Below, piece by piece: positions 45,756-56,056 of a stretch of DNA of 64,000 nt. Source of the DNA: a bacterium (GTDB lineage Bacteria; Krumholzibacteriota; Krumholzibacteriia; G020349025); the NCBI GenBank assembly GCA_031362565.1, contig JANLSU010000119.1:33398-97397 (forward strand), written 5' to 3'. The position numbers were made by a program, and so were the translations under genes. The notes under the pieces were generated by a model. That model was not told the origin of the DNA, did not search any database, and saw only the letters and a program-made list of their open reading frames with translations. Position 1 is the stretch's first letter; the number at the start of each line of letters is the position of its first letter.

Positions 45756-46325
45756 GTGACGCAAATCGAGGCCGCACCCAGCGATCGCCAACTGGCGGAG
45801 GCGCTCCGTCTCTCGGGGGATGAGCGCGCCTTCCGGACGCTCTACCGGCGGCACACCCCGCGCCTGTATGCACTCGTGTTGCGGCTCGCGGGGGCGTCGC
45901 AGTCGGATGCCGAGGACATCGTGCAGGAAACCTGGATCCGCGCCACCGAGAGTCTCGAACGTTTTCGCTGGGACGCGGCTTTTTCGACCTGGCTCGCGGC
46001 GATTGGCGTCAACGTGACGCGCGATCTCCAGCGCCGCCGCGGCCGCCGCCCCGAAGACGCGTGGAACGACGACATTGACATGCCGTTGCCGGCAGCGAAG
46101 CATCACGAACGCATCGATTTGGAGCGCGCCATCGCCACGCTGCCCGACGGGGCGCGCACGGTTTTGGTGCTGCACGACATCGAGGGATGGCCGCACGAAT
46201 CGATCGCCGAGCGGCTTGAGATCTCGATCGGCACGTCGAAGAGCCAGTTGCACCGCGCCCGCCGTGCGCTGCGTGCGTGGCTCGCGTTCGAACCGGCCGA
46301 ACGCCGAGTCGGAACCAAACAGTAA
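45756..46325 (+). CDS. ECF sigma-70 factor
   Basis: GDERAFRTLY, DAEDIVQETW, FSTWL, LPDGARTVLVLHDIEG, GTSKSQLHRAR. Confidence 0.92.
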   Translation: MTQIEAAPSDRQLAEALRLSGDERAFRTLYRRHTPRLYALVLRLAGASQSDAEDIVQETWIRATESLERFRWDAAFSTWLAAIGVNVTRDLQRRRGRRPEDAWNDDIDMPLPAAKHHERIDLERAIATLPDGARTVLVLHDIEGWPHESIAERLEISIGTSKSQLHRARRALRAWLAFEPAERRVGTKQ

Positions 46326-46354
46326 GTCGCTTGGCGCCAGTCGGGCGCGAGAGG

Positions 46355-46768
46355 ATGGGTCCTGTGCAAGACGACGATCTGCAACCGCACGAAATAGATG
46401 CCCTGAAGGCTCTGCCGAGTGCCATCGATCCCGGGTCATTGCTCGAGGAGCGCACCGTGCGCGCCATGCAAGGGCGCGGACTCGTGCACGGACGCCGGGC
46501 ACGGCTCACGACGTCCTGGTGGGGGTGGACCGCGGCGGCCGCGGCGGCCGGAGTGATCTTCGTCGCCGGCTTCAGCCTCGGACGGTCTTCGGACGTGCGC
46601 CAGGGTAACGGCGGCGCCTCCGAAACGACCAGCCGGGTGAACAACGAGACAAAGAAGGGCGATGGCACGCGCGTCGTGCCCGCCAGCAGCACGCGCGAAG
46701 TCGCGCTGACGAACGCGAACGACGACTCGACGCTGCACAACAATACTCGCTATGTCGTCTGGTTCTGA
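46355..46768 (+). CDS. Putative single-TM anti-sigma factor
   Basis: Directly after the ECF gene; LEERTVRAM...GLV cytoplasmic part; TM WTAAAAAAGVIFVAGFSLG; C-terminal RYVVWF. Confidence 0.65.
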   Translation: MGPVQDDDLQPHEIDALKALPSAIDPGSLLEERTVRAMQGRGLVHGRRARLTTSWWGWTAAAAAAGVIFVAGFSLGRSSDVRQGNGGASETTSRVNNETKKGDGTRVVPASSTREVALTNANDDSTLHNNTRYVVWF

Positions 46769-46828
46769 GGCCTCGTGCCAGTCTTGACTCGAGGGCATGG
46801 AGTGCTTCGCTACAGCAGGGAGTTCGCG

Positions 46829-47848
46829 ATGTTCGCTGCGTTTCGATTGATGGCTCTGGCTTCCGCCACAGCGACCGTGCTCGCGAGTGCGAGCGGCGTG
46901 CAGGCGTTGGGCCCGCGGCGCTCCGCCGCAACGTCCGAATCCGAACGGCCGCGGGTGTATCGCGTCGTGACGCCGGCCCCGCTGCGTTACGCCGTGTCCA
47001 CTCCGCGCGTCATCGCCGTACCGCCGGTTGCACCGGTACCGCCCGAGCCCCCGGAGCCGGGACTCGCACCGCTCGCGGCACTGGCGCAATTGCGCTTCCT
47101 GCCCTCCGGGGGTTGGTTTGGTGTCAGTTTGCGCTGCGGCGACTGCAGCATCCGGCGGGCCGATCGCGACAGCGGCCGAGCGCTCGAGTGGCGCTTCCGC
47201 TCCGAACCCGAGATCCTTGGCGTCGAACCCGGCAGTCCCGCCGAGCACGCCGGCATTGAAGAGGGCGACGTGATTACGAAGGTCGGCGGCGCCGACATCA
47301 CGTCGCGCGACGGTGGGCGCCTCTTTGGCGCTACCAAACCCGGCGGCGAAGTGGAATGGACGATCGAACGTGATGGCAAGAGCCGGGTCGTGAAACTCAC
47401 CGCGGCGGAACGGCCGGACGATGAAGATCTCGTGGACCAGGACGTGATTCGCGACGTGCGCCGCGATCTCGAAAGGGCCCGCCTGCGCCTGCGCTCGACG
47501 CGCGACAGGGACAACAGCGGCAGAGCGCCGGACTTCGATGAGAACGTCACCCGCGCCATCGAGCGTGCCCAGCAACGGCTCGAAGCCGTACAGCGCCGGC
47601 TCGAGAACACGTTCGGAGAAAACACCCCGCCGCCCAACTACGCCGAAGCACAAGCGGACGCCGCACGCCAGGCAGAACGCGAAGCAGAACGCTCGGTGCG
47701 TTCGCGCCGCGTGCGCTACCGTGGCGACATCGGCACTTCGCACGTGGAAGTGCGCGGCTCGAGCCGCGTCGTCGTCACCGAGGACGGCAATGGCGGTCTG
47801 GTCATCGACACGCCGGACGCCTCGATCCACATCGACAAGAAGCGCTGA
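46829..47848 (+). CDS. Secreted PDZ-domain protein
   Basis: Signal peptide; GWFGVSLRCGDC...VEPGSPAEHAGIEEGDVITKVGG PDZ; helical C-terminal part. Confidence 0.8.
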   Translation: MFAAFRLMALASATATVLASASGVQALGPRRSAATSESERPRVYRVVTPAPLRYAVSTPRVIAVPPVAPVPPEPPEPGLAPLAALAQLRFLPSGGWFGVSLRCGDCSIRRADRDSGRALEWRFRSEPEILGVEPGSPAEHAGIEEGDVITKVGGADITSRDGGRLFGATKPGGEVEWTIERDGKSRVVKLTAAERPDDEDLVDQDVIRDVRRDLERARLRLRSTRDRDNSGRAPDFDENVTRAIERAQQRLEAVQRRLENTFGENTPPPNYAEAQADAARQAEREAERSVRSRRVRYRGDIGTSHVEVRGSSRVVVTEDGNGGLVIDTPDASIHIDKKR

Positions 47849-47894
47849 CTGCTGCTATCGTCGTTGCTCCATTGCAGCGACGGGAGTGTGCAGC

Positions 47895-48878
47895 ATGCAA
47901 TACACGAACCTCGGCCGCTCGGGTCTCAAGGTGTCGCGCGTTTGTCTCGGCATGATGTCCTACGGCAGCAGTAGTTGGCGCCCGTGGATCCTGGACGAGG
48001 ACGCCGCGCGGCCGTTCGTGCGGCAGGCCCTGGACGGCGGCATCAACTTCTTCGATACCGCCGACATGTATTCGGTCGGCCGCAGCGAGGAAGTCCTCGG
48101 CCGTGCCCTGCGCGAGTTCACCCGGCGCGACCAGGTCGTGGTGGCGACCAAGGTCTTCTTCCCGATGAGCGACAGCCCCAACGACCGGGGCCTGTCGCGC
48201 AAGCACATTCTCGACGGCATCGATGCGTCGCTGCACCGCCTCGGGATGGAGTACGTCGATCTGTATCAGATTCATCGTTTCGACCCCGAAACACCGCTCG
48301 AAGAGACGCTCGAAGCGTTGGACAGTGTCGTGCGGGCGGGGAAAGCGCGTTACCTTGGTGCCTCGAGCATGTACGCGTGGCAGTTCATGAAGGCGCTGGC
48401 TCTGCAAGAGCAACATGGCTGGCACCGCTTCGTGTCGATGCAGAATCACTACAACCTGGCCTACCGCGAAGAAGAGCGCGAGATGATGCCGCTCTGCGCT
48501 GCGGAAGGCATCGGCGCCATCCCGTGGAGCCCGCTGGCGCGCGGCCTGTTGACCGGCAGCCGCGCCGCGGGTGTCGAGTCGAAGACCACGACGCGCGCCG
48601 AGTCGGACGACTACGCGCGAACGCTGTACGACGATGCTCTCGACATGCCGGTGGTGGAAGGCTGCGCCAAGGTCGCGAAGGCGCGCAACCTGCCGATGGC
48701 GCAGGTGGCACTCGCGTGGCTGCTGCATCAGCCGGCGGTCGTGGCCCCGATCGTCGGCGCGACAAAGCCGGCGCATCTCGCTGATGCAATCGCCGCGGTC
48801 GATGTCGAGTTGAGCGCCGAAGAGCGCGTCGCGCTCGACGAGCCCTACAAGCCACATCGCGTCCTCGGGCACCGTTAG
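47895..48878 (+). CDS. Aldo/keto reductase
   Basis: GLKVSRVCLG, FFDTADMYS, VATK, YVDLYQIHRFD, SMQNHYNL, PWSPLARG. Confidence 0.95.
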   Translation: MQYTNLGRSGLKVSRVCLGMMSYGSSSWRPWILDEDAARPFVRQALDGGINFFDTADMYSVGRSEEVLGRALREFTRRDQVVVATKVFFPMSDSPNDRGLSRKHILDGIDASLHRLGMEYVDLYQIHRFDPETPLEETLEALDSVVRAGKARYLGASSMYAWQFMKALALQEQHGWHRFVSMQNHYNLAYREEEREMMPLCAAEGIGAIPWSPLARGLLTGSRAAGVESKTTTRAESDDYARTLYDDALDMPVVEGCAKVAKARNLPMAQVALAWLLHQPAVVAPIVGATKPAHLADAIAAVDVELSAEERVALDEPYKPHRVLGHR

Positions 48879-48927
48879 GGAGGTCTTTTTGCGATCCGGC
48901 GGCCCTGGGGCGGCCTGGCTTTTTGTA

Positions 48928-48960
48928 TAGACAGCCAGCATTATTGCCGTCAAAATGCTG
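48928..48960 (+). promoter_or_regulatory. Sigma70-like promoter with overlapping palindrome upstream of the DUF4143 ATPase
   Basis: TAGACA-N17-CAAAAT; inverted repeat CAGCATT-N11-AATGCTG at 48936-48960. Confidence 0.55.
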
Positions 48961-48963
48961 CCC

Positions 48964-50127
48964 ATGTATTCCCGTGACTTGCCACTTCCGGATCGATCCT
49001 TCTTCCTGTTCGGACCACGCGGAACAGGAAAAACAACGTGGCTTCGGTCACGCCTCCCAGGCGCGGCGTGGTTTGACCTGCTGCGCACAACCGAGTATCT
49101 GCAGGCGCTCCGCGACCCCAACGTCTTTCGACAGCGGGTTGCGTCTTTGCCCCGCGGTCAGTGGGTCGTTGTGGACGAAGTTCAGCGGCTGCCGGCCCTA
49201 CTGGACGAGGTTCACTCGCTCATGAACGAGTTTCCGAAGCGGTATCGTTTCGCTCTGACCGGGTCCAGCGCGCGCAAACTCAAGCGCAGCGGCGTCAACC
49301 TGCTCGCCGGACGGACGATCAATCGAAAATTCTTCCCACTCACGGGCGCCGAAATGGCGTTTGATGTCGCCGTAGACGACCTGTTGCGCTTTGGCTGCCT
49401 ACCGGCCATCCGCTCCGACCGGTCCTCGCGCGGACGCACGGACACCCTCGATGCCTACGTGACCAACTATCTCCGCGAGGAGATTCAGCAAGAGGCCGCC
49501 GTGAAGAATCTTGATTCGTTCGCGCGCTTTCTCCAGGTGGCCGGAATCATGAACGGCCAAGTCACGAACGTCGCGGGTGTTGCGCGTGACGCGGCCGTGC
49601 CTCGTCCCACCGTACAGGGATATTTCGAAGCACTCATCGACACCCTGGTGGGAGTTTGGCTTCCAGCATGGCGGCCGCGCGCCAAGGTCAAGGAGGCACA
49701 GCACCCCAAATTCTACTTCTTCGACCCCGGCGTGGTGCGCGCCATCGCCGGCCGCACACGTGATCCTCTCGGCCTCGAAGAGCGTGGCGCACTGCTCGAA
49801 ACACTCGTGCTGCATGAACTTCGGGCCTGGATCAACCTTGCGAACTGTGGCGGTGAGCTGTCTTACTGGAGAACGCCATCCGGCACGGAGGTCGACTTTG
49901 TTTGGTCCCGCGGCACTCGCGCCGTCGCCATCGAAGTCAAATCGGGGAAAACCTGGCGCCCGGAGTATTCCCGCGGGTTGAAGGGGCTCGCCGAGGCGAA
50001 GAAGGTTACGAAGTGCTTCGCCGTCTACGGCGGCGAGCAGCGCCTGAAAGATGGTGTGGTGACGGTGCTGCCGGTCATCGACTTCATGCGTGACCTTGCT
50101 TCGGGTCTTATCCTTCCGCGGTCTTGA
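48964..50127 (+). CDS. AAA_14 ATPase with DUF4143 (HTH plus PD-(D/E)xK-like C-terminus)
   Basis: FGPRGTGKTT, VVDEVQR, LTGSSARKL, LLAGR, PKFYFFDPG, EVDFV...AIEVKS. Start 48955 or 48964. Confidence 0.92.
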   Translation: MYSRDLPLPDRSFFLFGPRGTGKTTWLRSRLPGAAWFDLLRTTEYLQALRDPNVFRQRVASLPRGQWVVVDEVQRLPALLDEVHSLMNEFPKRYRFALTGSSARKLKRSGVNLLAGRTINRKFFPLTGAEMAFDVAVDDLLRFGCLPAIRSDRSSRGRTDTLDAYVTNYLREEIQQEAAVKNLDSFARFLQVAGIMNGQVTNVAGVARDAAVPRPTVQGYFEALIDTLVGVWLPAWRPRAKVKEAQHPKFYFFDPGVVRAIAGRTRDPLGLEERGALLETLVLHELRAWINLANCGGELSYWRTPSGTEVDFVWSRGTRAVAIEVKSGKTWRPEYSRGLKGLAEAKKVTKCFAVYGGEQRLKDGVVTVLPVIDFMRDLASGLILPRS

Positions 50128-51387
50128 TCATGCCGCTCCAGCGGCGGGCGCCGGCTCGCCCTCGGCTTCGCGGGCGAGGGTGGGATTTGGCACCCGGGCC
50201 AGGACAAACGTCGCGCCGATCGCGTACAACACCGCGGCGATCCGCAGGACGCGGGCGTAGCCAATCACGTCGGCGAGCGCCGAGAGGCCGAGTGCTGCGA
50301 ATGGCATGAGGCCGGTGAACGTCATGCTGAACACGGCCATGACGCGGCCGCGCAGTTCGCCCGGCACGACATGTTGGATCGTCTGCGAGATGCGCCCCAT
50401 GAGGGACGAAACGGCGAACGATAGGACGACGATCAGCGCCACGGCCGGCCCGAGCGAGTGCGTGTAGGAGAGTCCCAGGATGCCGGCGCCGCAGCCGATC
50501 ACGCCCCCCACCAACCAGCGGCGCACGGTGCGATCATTGCCGAAGAGCAACACCAGCGCGCCCGCCAGTGCCCCAAGTCCGGAAGTGCTCAACAGGATTC
50601 CCATGCCCCGCGCGTCGGCGTTCAGAATGTGGCGTACGTAGAACACCATGAGCACGGCGATGAACGGAAAAACGAGAGCGGTCGTCAAACCGCAGAGCGC
50701 AATGAGCGAACCCACCAGGCGGTTGCCGCGCACGTAGCGGAATCCGGCGCCAATGCCGCCGGCGCCGCGGCCCGCATCCGAAGCGCGGTCCCGTTTTCGA
50801 TCGGCAATCATGAGCAGCGTCGCGATCACGGCCAAGAAGGACAGCCCGTTGGCCAGAAATGCGCTGCCTTCTCCGAAGCGTCCTACCAGCAAGCCGGCGA
50901 GTGCCGGTCCCACCAGGCGCGAGCCGTGAAAGATCGCCTGCATGAGCGCGATCGCCTTCGGAATCTCCTCCGGCTTGACAAGTTCGGGCGGAAACGCCTG
51001 GGCCGCCGGCAAGTCGAACGCCGTAACGATGCCAATCAGCAGCCCCAGCGCAAAGACGTGCCACAGCGCGATGCGATGCGAAAACACCAGTGCCGAGAGT
51101 ATGAAGGCGAGCAGCATCATGCCGATTTGCGTCGCAATCAGAATGCGGCGCTTTTCGTAACGGTCGGCGGCCGCCCCGCCGAACACCGCCAAGGTCAGCA
51201 TCGGGAGGCTGCTCACCACGTTGAGCGCGCCGAGCACGGTCGCTGACGTAGATAGGCTCGTCACGACCCAGCCCTGGGCCATGACTTGCATCCAAGTTCC
51301 CGACAGCGAAATCGACTGCCCGAACCAGTAGAGACGGAAGTCCCGATTGCGAAGGACGGTCAGCGCGGCGGGGAGTCGGATCTTCAA
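50128..51387 (-). CDS. MFS transporter (MFS_3/DHA3-like)
   Basis: LRNRDFRLYWFGQSISLSGTWMQ, GAAADRYEKRR, RLVGPALAG, LRGRVM; about 12 TM helices. Confidence 0.9.
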   Translation of the reverse strand: MKIRLPAALTVLRNRDFRLYWFGQSISLSGTWMQVMAQGWVVTSLSTSATVLGALNVVSSLPMLTLAVFGGAAADRYEKRRILIATQIGMMLLAFILSALVFSHRIALWHVFALGLLIGIVTAFDLPAAQAFPPELVKPEEIPKAIALMQAIFHGSRLVGPALAGLLVGRFGEGSAFLANGLSFLAVIATLLMIADRKRDRASDAGRGAGGIGAGFRYVRGNRLVGSLIALCGLTTALVFPFIAVLMVFYVRHILNADARGMGILLSTSGLGALAGALVLLFGNDRTVRRWLVGGVIGCGAGILGLSYTHSLGPAVALIVVLSFAVSSLMGRISQTIQHVVPGELRGRVMAVFSMTFTGLMPFAALGLSALADVIGYARVLRIAAVLYAIGATFVLARVPNPTLAREAEGEPAPAAGAA

Positions 51388-51434
51388 GCAGCGTTCCTTT
51401 CGTCGCCCGTCGAGCCTATCCTACATTCGCAACC

Positions 51435-52313
51435 TCACGCCAGCGCCGCAGCGACGCCCTTCGCGAAAACTTCGAGCGTCGTCGGCGTGGTGCTGCGCGG
51501 GGTACGCGGTTCCTGCGGCTTCATTCGTTGCTCGTTCATCGCCCGGTACATCTCCACGAATTCCGCCGCCAGCGCCGGCTTGAGGCCTGTTGCGACCATG
51601 CTCTTGGCCGCCTCGTCGTACGGCGCCTCGATGTATTTCAGCGCCGGATTGCCGATCGCCTTGCCGAGAACGACGATCGCTTCATCCCACGACATGTCAC
51701 GCGGCCCTTGCAGCTCGCGAAACGTCTGGCCCTTGAATCCAAGCCCGATCAGTTCGTCCGCTGCCGCCTGTCCGACGTCGGCCGTTGCGATCCACGGCAT
51801 CGCAAGCTTGGCATGCATCGGAGTGGCAATGAAGCCCTGTTTGATCATCGGCAGCATGGCGAATAGGTTCTCCATGAAATACCCGGGCCGCAAGTGCATG
51901 ACGTTCAAGCCGGAGATCGCATTCAAGCGGTCTTCCTGCAATCCAAGCCCACTGACGGGACCGGAGCCGGAGCGATTCTGGGCGCCGACACTGCTCAGGT
52001 TGACGCAATACGCGACGCGCATGTCACGCAACGCGCCGGCGATGGCAGTGCCAATTCGCCGTTGATGGCCCTGCGGATCGTCGGTCGCGTAGTCGGGCGG
52101 AATCATCGCGTAAACGACATTGGCACCGTCGAAGGCTTTGGCGAGTGTCTGCGGATCATCCAAGGTGCCGACGATCGGGAGAGCGCCGGCGCGGACGAGC
52201 GGTTGCAGTGTTGCGGCATCGCGACCGATGGCGCGCACCGGCTTGCCGGCAGCGAGAAGTCTTTCGGCCACGATGCGGCCGGTGTGGCCGGTGGCTCCAA
52301 TTACGGCGTACAT
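51435..52313 (-). CDS. NmrA-like NAD(P)-binding protein
   Basis: VIGATGHTG, NLSSVGA, LRPGYFMEN, IATADVG, TTPTTLE. Confidence 0.9.
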   Translation of the reverse strand: MYAVIGATGHTGRIVAERLLAAGKPVRAIGRDAATLQPLVRAGALPIVGTLDDPQTLAKAFDGANVVYAMIPPDYATDDPQGHQRRIGTAIAGALRDMRVAYCVNLSSVGAQNRSGSGPVSGLGLQEDRLNAISGLNVMHLRPGYFMENLFAMLPMIKQGFIATPMHAKLAMPWIATADVGQAAADELIGLGFKGQTFRELQGPRDMSWDEAIVVLGKAIGNPALKYIEAPYDEAAKSMVATGLKPALAAEFVEMYRAMNEQRMKPQEPRTPRSTTPTTLEVFAKGVAAALA

Positions 52314-52416
52314 CGAAGTGACTCCTTGGGTTGCATCCCTGGCGCGAGGCGGGCGGCGGACGGCTCGTACTCACGCATGGTAGGGCCATGGGCTGCGGCC
52401 CGCAAGCGACCTTGGG

Positions 52417-53925
52417 TCAGGGATTCTTGCGGTGGAAGAAATGCACCGTGATCCGGCCGCGGTCGAGTTGCAGTTCATAGGATTCGAGTTCGTAGAGACG
52501 CGCGAAATCAGGCTGCGCCGCGACCTCGAAATCGCTGGGGAACGCTGGCCGCGGACTGCCCAGGCTCGTACCAAAATGAATGTAGTCGGGGTGGCGCGAG
52601 ATGACATAGGCACCGTCGTGCTTCTCGTGCCCGGCGACCCCACGGCCCATGCTCGGCATTTTCCGGTGCGCGATATGTTCGTCGGCAAGTCCTAGCATGT
52701 CGATGGTTCGCAGGCCTGAATAGTAGGGAATACTGCCTGCCGTGTTCGTGGCGAGCACCGCATCGGGCGGCGCGATCTGGCGCAACCACCGCCCGACCGG
52801 TGCGCCAACTTCCGCGACCAAGTCCTGGCGGATGCGGCCGTGGACATCCGGATCGAAGCGCATTGTTCCGATGCCCCACAAGAGGACCACGCTGGCGGCA
52901 AGCCATCGACCTCGCGGCCTTTCGAACAGCGCCGTGACGGCGCAACCGGCCAAGAGCGCCAGGAGCGGCACGTACGGCGCCAAAAACCGAAACGCCGGCA
53001 TCGCGTCGCCGCCCACCACGACGACATAGGCGAGTTGCACCCCGAGCACGACGGCGGCAAACCCGAATGGCGCCAACGACCGCCGGGCGCGCGGCACTGC
53101 CAGAGCCACGGCCGCGAGCGCGGCGAGAGGTGCCGTGGCGCGCAGAAAACGCAGGATGTATCCGGCTCCACGCAGCAGCGTCGCGGGCGTCGTGCCGGCC
53201 TTGACGTAGAAAGTGTTCGGCAACGGCCAGCCGTAGTACGTCCAGCGCCAGGCGAAATACGGCACGAAGACGACGGCGAATCCCGCCGCAACCGCGAGTG
53301 CGGTCCGCGTCCGGCGCCGGCGTATGAAATCCAAACAGGCGAGAACCACGACGACGAGGCCCTCCGGGCGGGTCATGACCAGCACGGCGCCCAGGGCGCC
53401 GCGCGCCAAATCATCGCGTCGTCGCGCCGTGTCGCCGCGCTGCACCGCGCCGGCGTGCAATACAACAAAGAGCGTCAGCCCGAGCGCAAAGAGTGCCGTC
53501 TCCATCCCGCTTGCAGGCCACGCGGTGAAGGTGCCGCAAGTGCCGAGAAACAGTGCGGCGTAAGTCGCGGCGCTCCGCGTTGCGAGTCCCCGCCGGTACA
53601 CGCTCGCTACGGCAATCAGAGTTGCGATGGCGATCGCGATTCCAAGGACCTGCGCCAGATGCACCGTGTTCGCACCCAAACGATGCCCCGCCGCAAGCAG
53701 CGCCAGCCATGCGAACGACGTGTAGCCCTCGACGCGCTCGCCGAGGTTGTAAACGACGCCGTGCCCGCCCGCCCAGTTTTCGGCGTAACGGAAAAAAATA
53801 AAGGCGTCGTCCACCATCCACGGCTGGATGGCAATGACATGAGCCAGCATGATCGCGATTGCAGCGAGGAGTGCCCAGGGCCACGCGCGGCTCTGCGCCC
53901 GCGGTTCGGGGACCGGTTCGGTCAC
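52417..53925 (-). CDS. GT-C fold membrane glycosyltransferase (AftB/arabinofuranosyltransferase-like)
   Basis: VDDAFIFFRYAEN...YNLGERVEGYTS, SGMET, TRPEG, YYGWPLPNTFYVK, GGDAM...RF, IDMLGLAD. Confidence 0.8.
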   Translation of the reverse strand: MTEPVPEPRAQSRAWPWALLAAIAIMLAHVIAIQPWMVDDAFIFFRYAENWAGGHGVVYNLGERVEGYTSFAWLALLAAGHRLGANTVHLAQVLGIAIAIATLIAVASVYRRGLATRSAATYAALFLGTCGTFTAWPASGMETALFALGLTLFVVLHAGAVQRGDTARRRDDLARGALGAVLVMTRPEGLVVVVLACLDFIRRRRTRTALAVAAGFAVVFVPYFAWRWTYYGWPLPNTFYVKAGTTPATLLRGAGYILRFLRATAPLAALAAVALAVPRARRSLAPFGFAAVVLGVQLAYVVVVGGDAMPAFRFLAPYVPLLALLAGCAVTALFERPRGRWLAASVVLLWGIGTMRFDPDVHGRIRQDLVAEVGAPVGRWLRQIAPPDAVLATNTAGSIPYYSGLRTIDMLGLADEHIAHRKMPSMGRGVAGHEKHDGAYVISRHPDYIHFGTSLGSPRPAFPSDFEVAAQPDFARLYELESYELQLDRGRITVHFFHRKNP

Positions 53926-55052
53926 GCGCTGGGCCTCGCTGGATCCGATGGTGCCGCGGCAGGTGCCGTGACCGGTATCGCGCTGCGATAGGCATCGGAT
54001 TGCAGGTACGCGTCGCGCGCCACCCGCAGGAACACCTTCAAGATCGCCGCCATGGGAATAGCGAGCAGGAGTCCGGCGAATCCGAAGACTTCGCCGCCCG
54101 CCAGAATCGCCACCATCACGGCAATCGGCGAAAGGCCGGTCTTGTCACCGACAATGCGCGGCGTGATCACGAGCGATTCGAGAGTGTGAGTCACTACGAA
54201 AACGACCACCACTCCCAAGATCGGGCCCCAACCCGAGAACTCGAGAAGCGCCATCAGCAATGCGAGGCCGATCCCCAGCGCCGTGCCGACAAACGGCACG
54301 AGGTTCAGGATGCCACTCAACAAACCGATGACGATGGCACCTTCGATACCAACGATCTGCAGGCCGATCGCCGTCAGCACCCCCAAGATCGCGGTGACGA
54401 TGAGCTGGCCGCGCACGAAGCCGCCAAGCGCGGAGTCGATCTCCGCCAGCAAGGATTTCACCCGCGGTAAAGACGACGGAGGCACCATGGATTCGAACCG
54501 TGGCCCGATCGCGTGGTAGTCGCGCATCAAATAAAAGGCAATCACCGGGATCAGAATGAAATTGGCGAGTGCACCCACGATGCCGATGACACCGCCGAAG
54601 GTCTTCGCTGCGAACTGGCTGAGCGGCGCGGCAATCGTGCTGCCGATGCTCGTCAAGTGCGTGCGCAACTTGTCCGCGAGATCCGATCCGGTCTGCGGGA
54701 TTTCGATGTGGAAGGCTTGCTCGACCCACGGCAGCAACGTTCCCTGCACGTAGGCCACGCCCTGTGGCAGCCGCTCCGAAAGGCGCGACCACTGCACTCC
54801 CAAGACCGGCACGAGCAAGAGCCCAAGCCCTGCGAAGAAGACTCCCGCGAGCAGCAATACGAGCGCCGAGGCCAGCGGCCGCGGCATCGCCCGGCCCAAG
54901 AGATCGACTGCCGGCTCCGCAATGTAGGCAATGATGAAAGACGCGAGCAGCAAGGTGCAAACACTCGGCGCGCGCCACACACAAATCCCGAGCGCCACGA
55001 TGGCGCCCAGGGCCCAAAGCAGAATGCGGCGCTGCGCGGGCATCGACGTCAT
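53922..55052 (-). CDS. AI-2E family transporter
   Basis: IAYIAEPAV, FYLMRD, GGFVRGQ, NLVPFVG, PRIVGDKTGLSP, FGFAGLLLAIP. Confidence 0.9.
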   Translation of the reverse strand: MTSMPAQRRILLWALGAIVALGICVWRAPSVCTLLLASFIIAYIAEPAVDLLGRAMPRPLASALVLLLAGVFFAGLGLLLVPVLGVQWSRLSERLPQGVAYVQGTLLPWVEQAFHIEIPQTGSDLADKLRTHLTSIGSTIAAPLSQFAAKTFGGVIGIVGALANFILIPVIAFYLMRDYHAIGPRFESMVPPSSLPRVKSLLAEIDSALGGFVRGQLIVTAILGVLTAIGLQIVGIEGAIVIGLLSGILNLVPFVGTALGIGLALLMALLEFSGWGPILGVVVVFVVTHTLESLVITPRIVGDKTGLSPIAVMVAILAGGEVFGFAGLLLAIPMAAILKVFLRVARDAYLQSDAYRSAIPVTAPAAAPSDPARPSA

Positions 55053-56056
55053 GCGGACGGAGTGGGTGGCCGCGATCCGCTCGTACCGGCGCCACCATGC
55101 GTCCCGCGTCCCGGCACCGCGCCGCGCAGCGGCACGAGCAGCGGCGACGTATTCGCGTCCAAGCCCAACACGTTCAAAATATCGGAATTGGCCGGCAGGA
55201 CGAACTTCGTGTTGTCCTTGAGCGTGATCTGCAACACGTCGAGTTGCCGCGCCAGTGCGGCTCGATCGTGAAAGAAGCTCTCGGCCGCATTCGACACCAT
55301 CTCGATGGCCTTCGCTTCGGCCGCAGCGCGCGTCAGGCGCGCCTGGGCGTCACCTTCGGCCTTCAAGATCTCGGCCTGCTTGAAGCCCTCGGCCTTCAAG
55401 ATTTCGCTGGCGCGCACGCCTTCCGACTCGAGCACGAGGGCACGCTTGTCGCGCTCGGCCTTCATCTGGCGGCTCATCGCTTCAGTGATGTCGCTCGGCG
55501 GGTCGATGCGCTGCACCTCGACGCGCGTCACCTTGACACCCCAGGTGTTCGTGGCTTCGTCGAGCACGAGGCGCAGGTTTGCGTTGATCATGTCGCGGGC
55601 CGTGAGTGTTTCGTCGAGGCTCTTGTCGCCGATGAGATTGCGCAGGTTCGTTTGGGCCAGCGTCGTGGCGGCCAGCGCGAAGTTCTGCACTTCGAATGCG
55701 GCGCGTACCGGATCAATGACGCGATAGTAGATGACCGCGTCCACCGTCACGGTAACGTTGTCGCGCGTGATGACTTTCTGCGGCTCGACCAGAATGACTT
55801 GCTCGCGGACATCGATCTTGATCATGTCGTCGATGAGTGGTGCGAGGAAATTGAGTCCCGAGTTGGCGGTCGCGTGGTACTTACCCAGCCGGAGCACGAG
55901 CCCCTTTTCGTTTTGCGACACAATGCGAGCGCTGCGTGCCAGGATGATCAGCAGCACGAAGGCGAAGAAGCCCAGGATCCCAAAGCCAATGCCTCCACCC
56001 AGTGCAAGCAATCCAACGGGCGCCATGGCGGCGGCATTCACGGTTTCGACGATCAT
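55049..56056 (-). CDS. SPFH/band 7 (stomatin-like) protein
   Basis: QKVITRDNVTVTVDAVIYY, AQTNLRNLIG, WGVKVTRVE, QMKAERDKRA. Confidence 0.93.
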   Translation of the reverse strand: MIVETVNAAAMAPVGLLALGGGIGFGILGFFAFVLLIILARSARIVSQNEKGLVLRLGKYHATANSGLNFLAPLIDDMIKIDVREQVILVEPQKVITRDNVTVTVDAVIYYRVIDPVRAAFEVQNFALAATTLAQTNLRNLIGDKSLDETLTARDMINANLRLVLDEATNTWGVKVTRVEVQRIDPPSDITEAMSRQMKAERDKRALVLESEGVRASEILKAEGFKQAEILKAEGDAQARLTRAAAEAKAIEMVSNAAESFFHDRAALARQLDVLQITLKDNTKFVLPANSDILNVLGLDANTSPLLVPLRGAVPGRGTHGGAGTSGSRPPTPSA

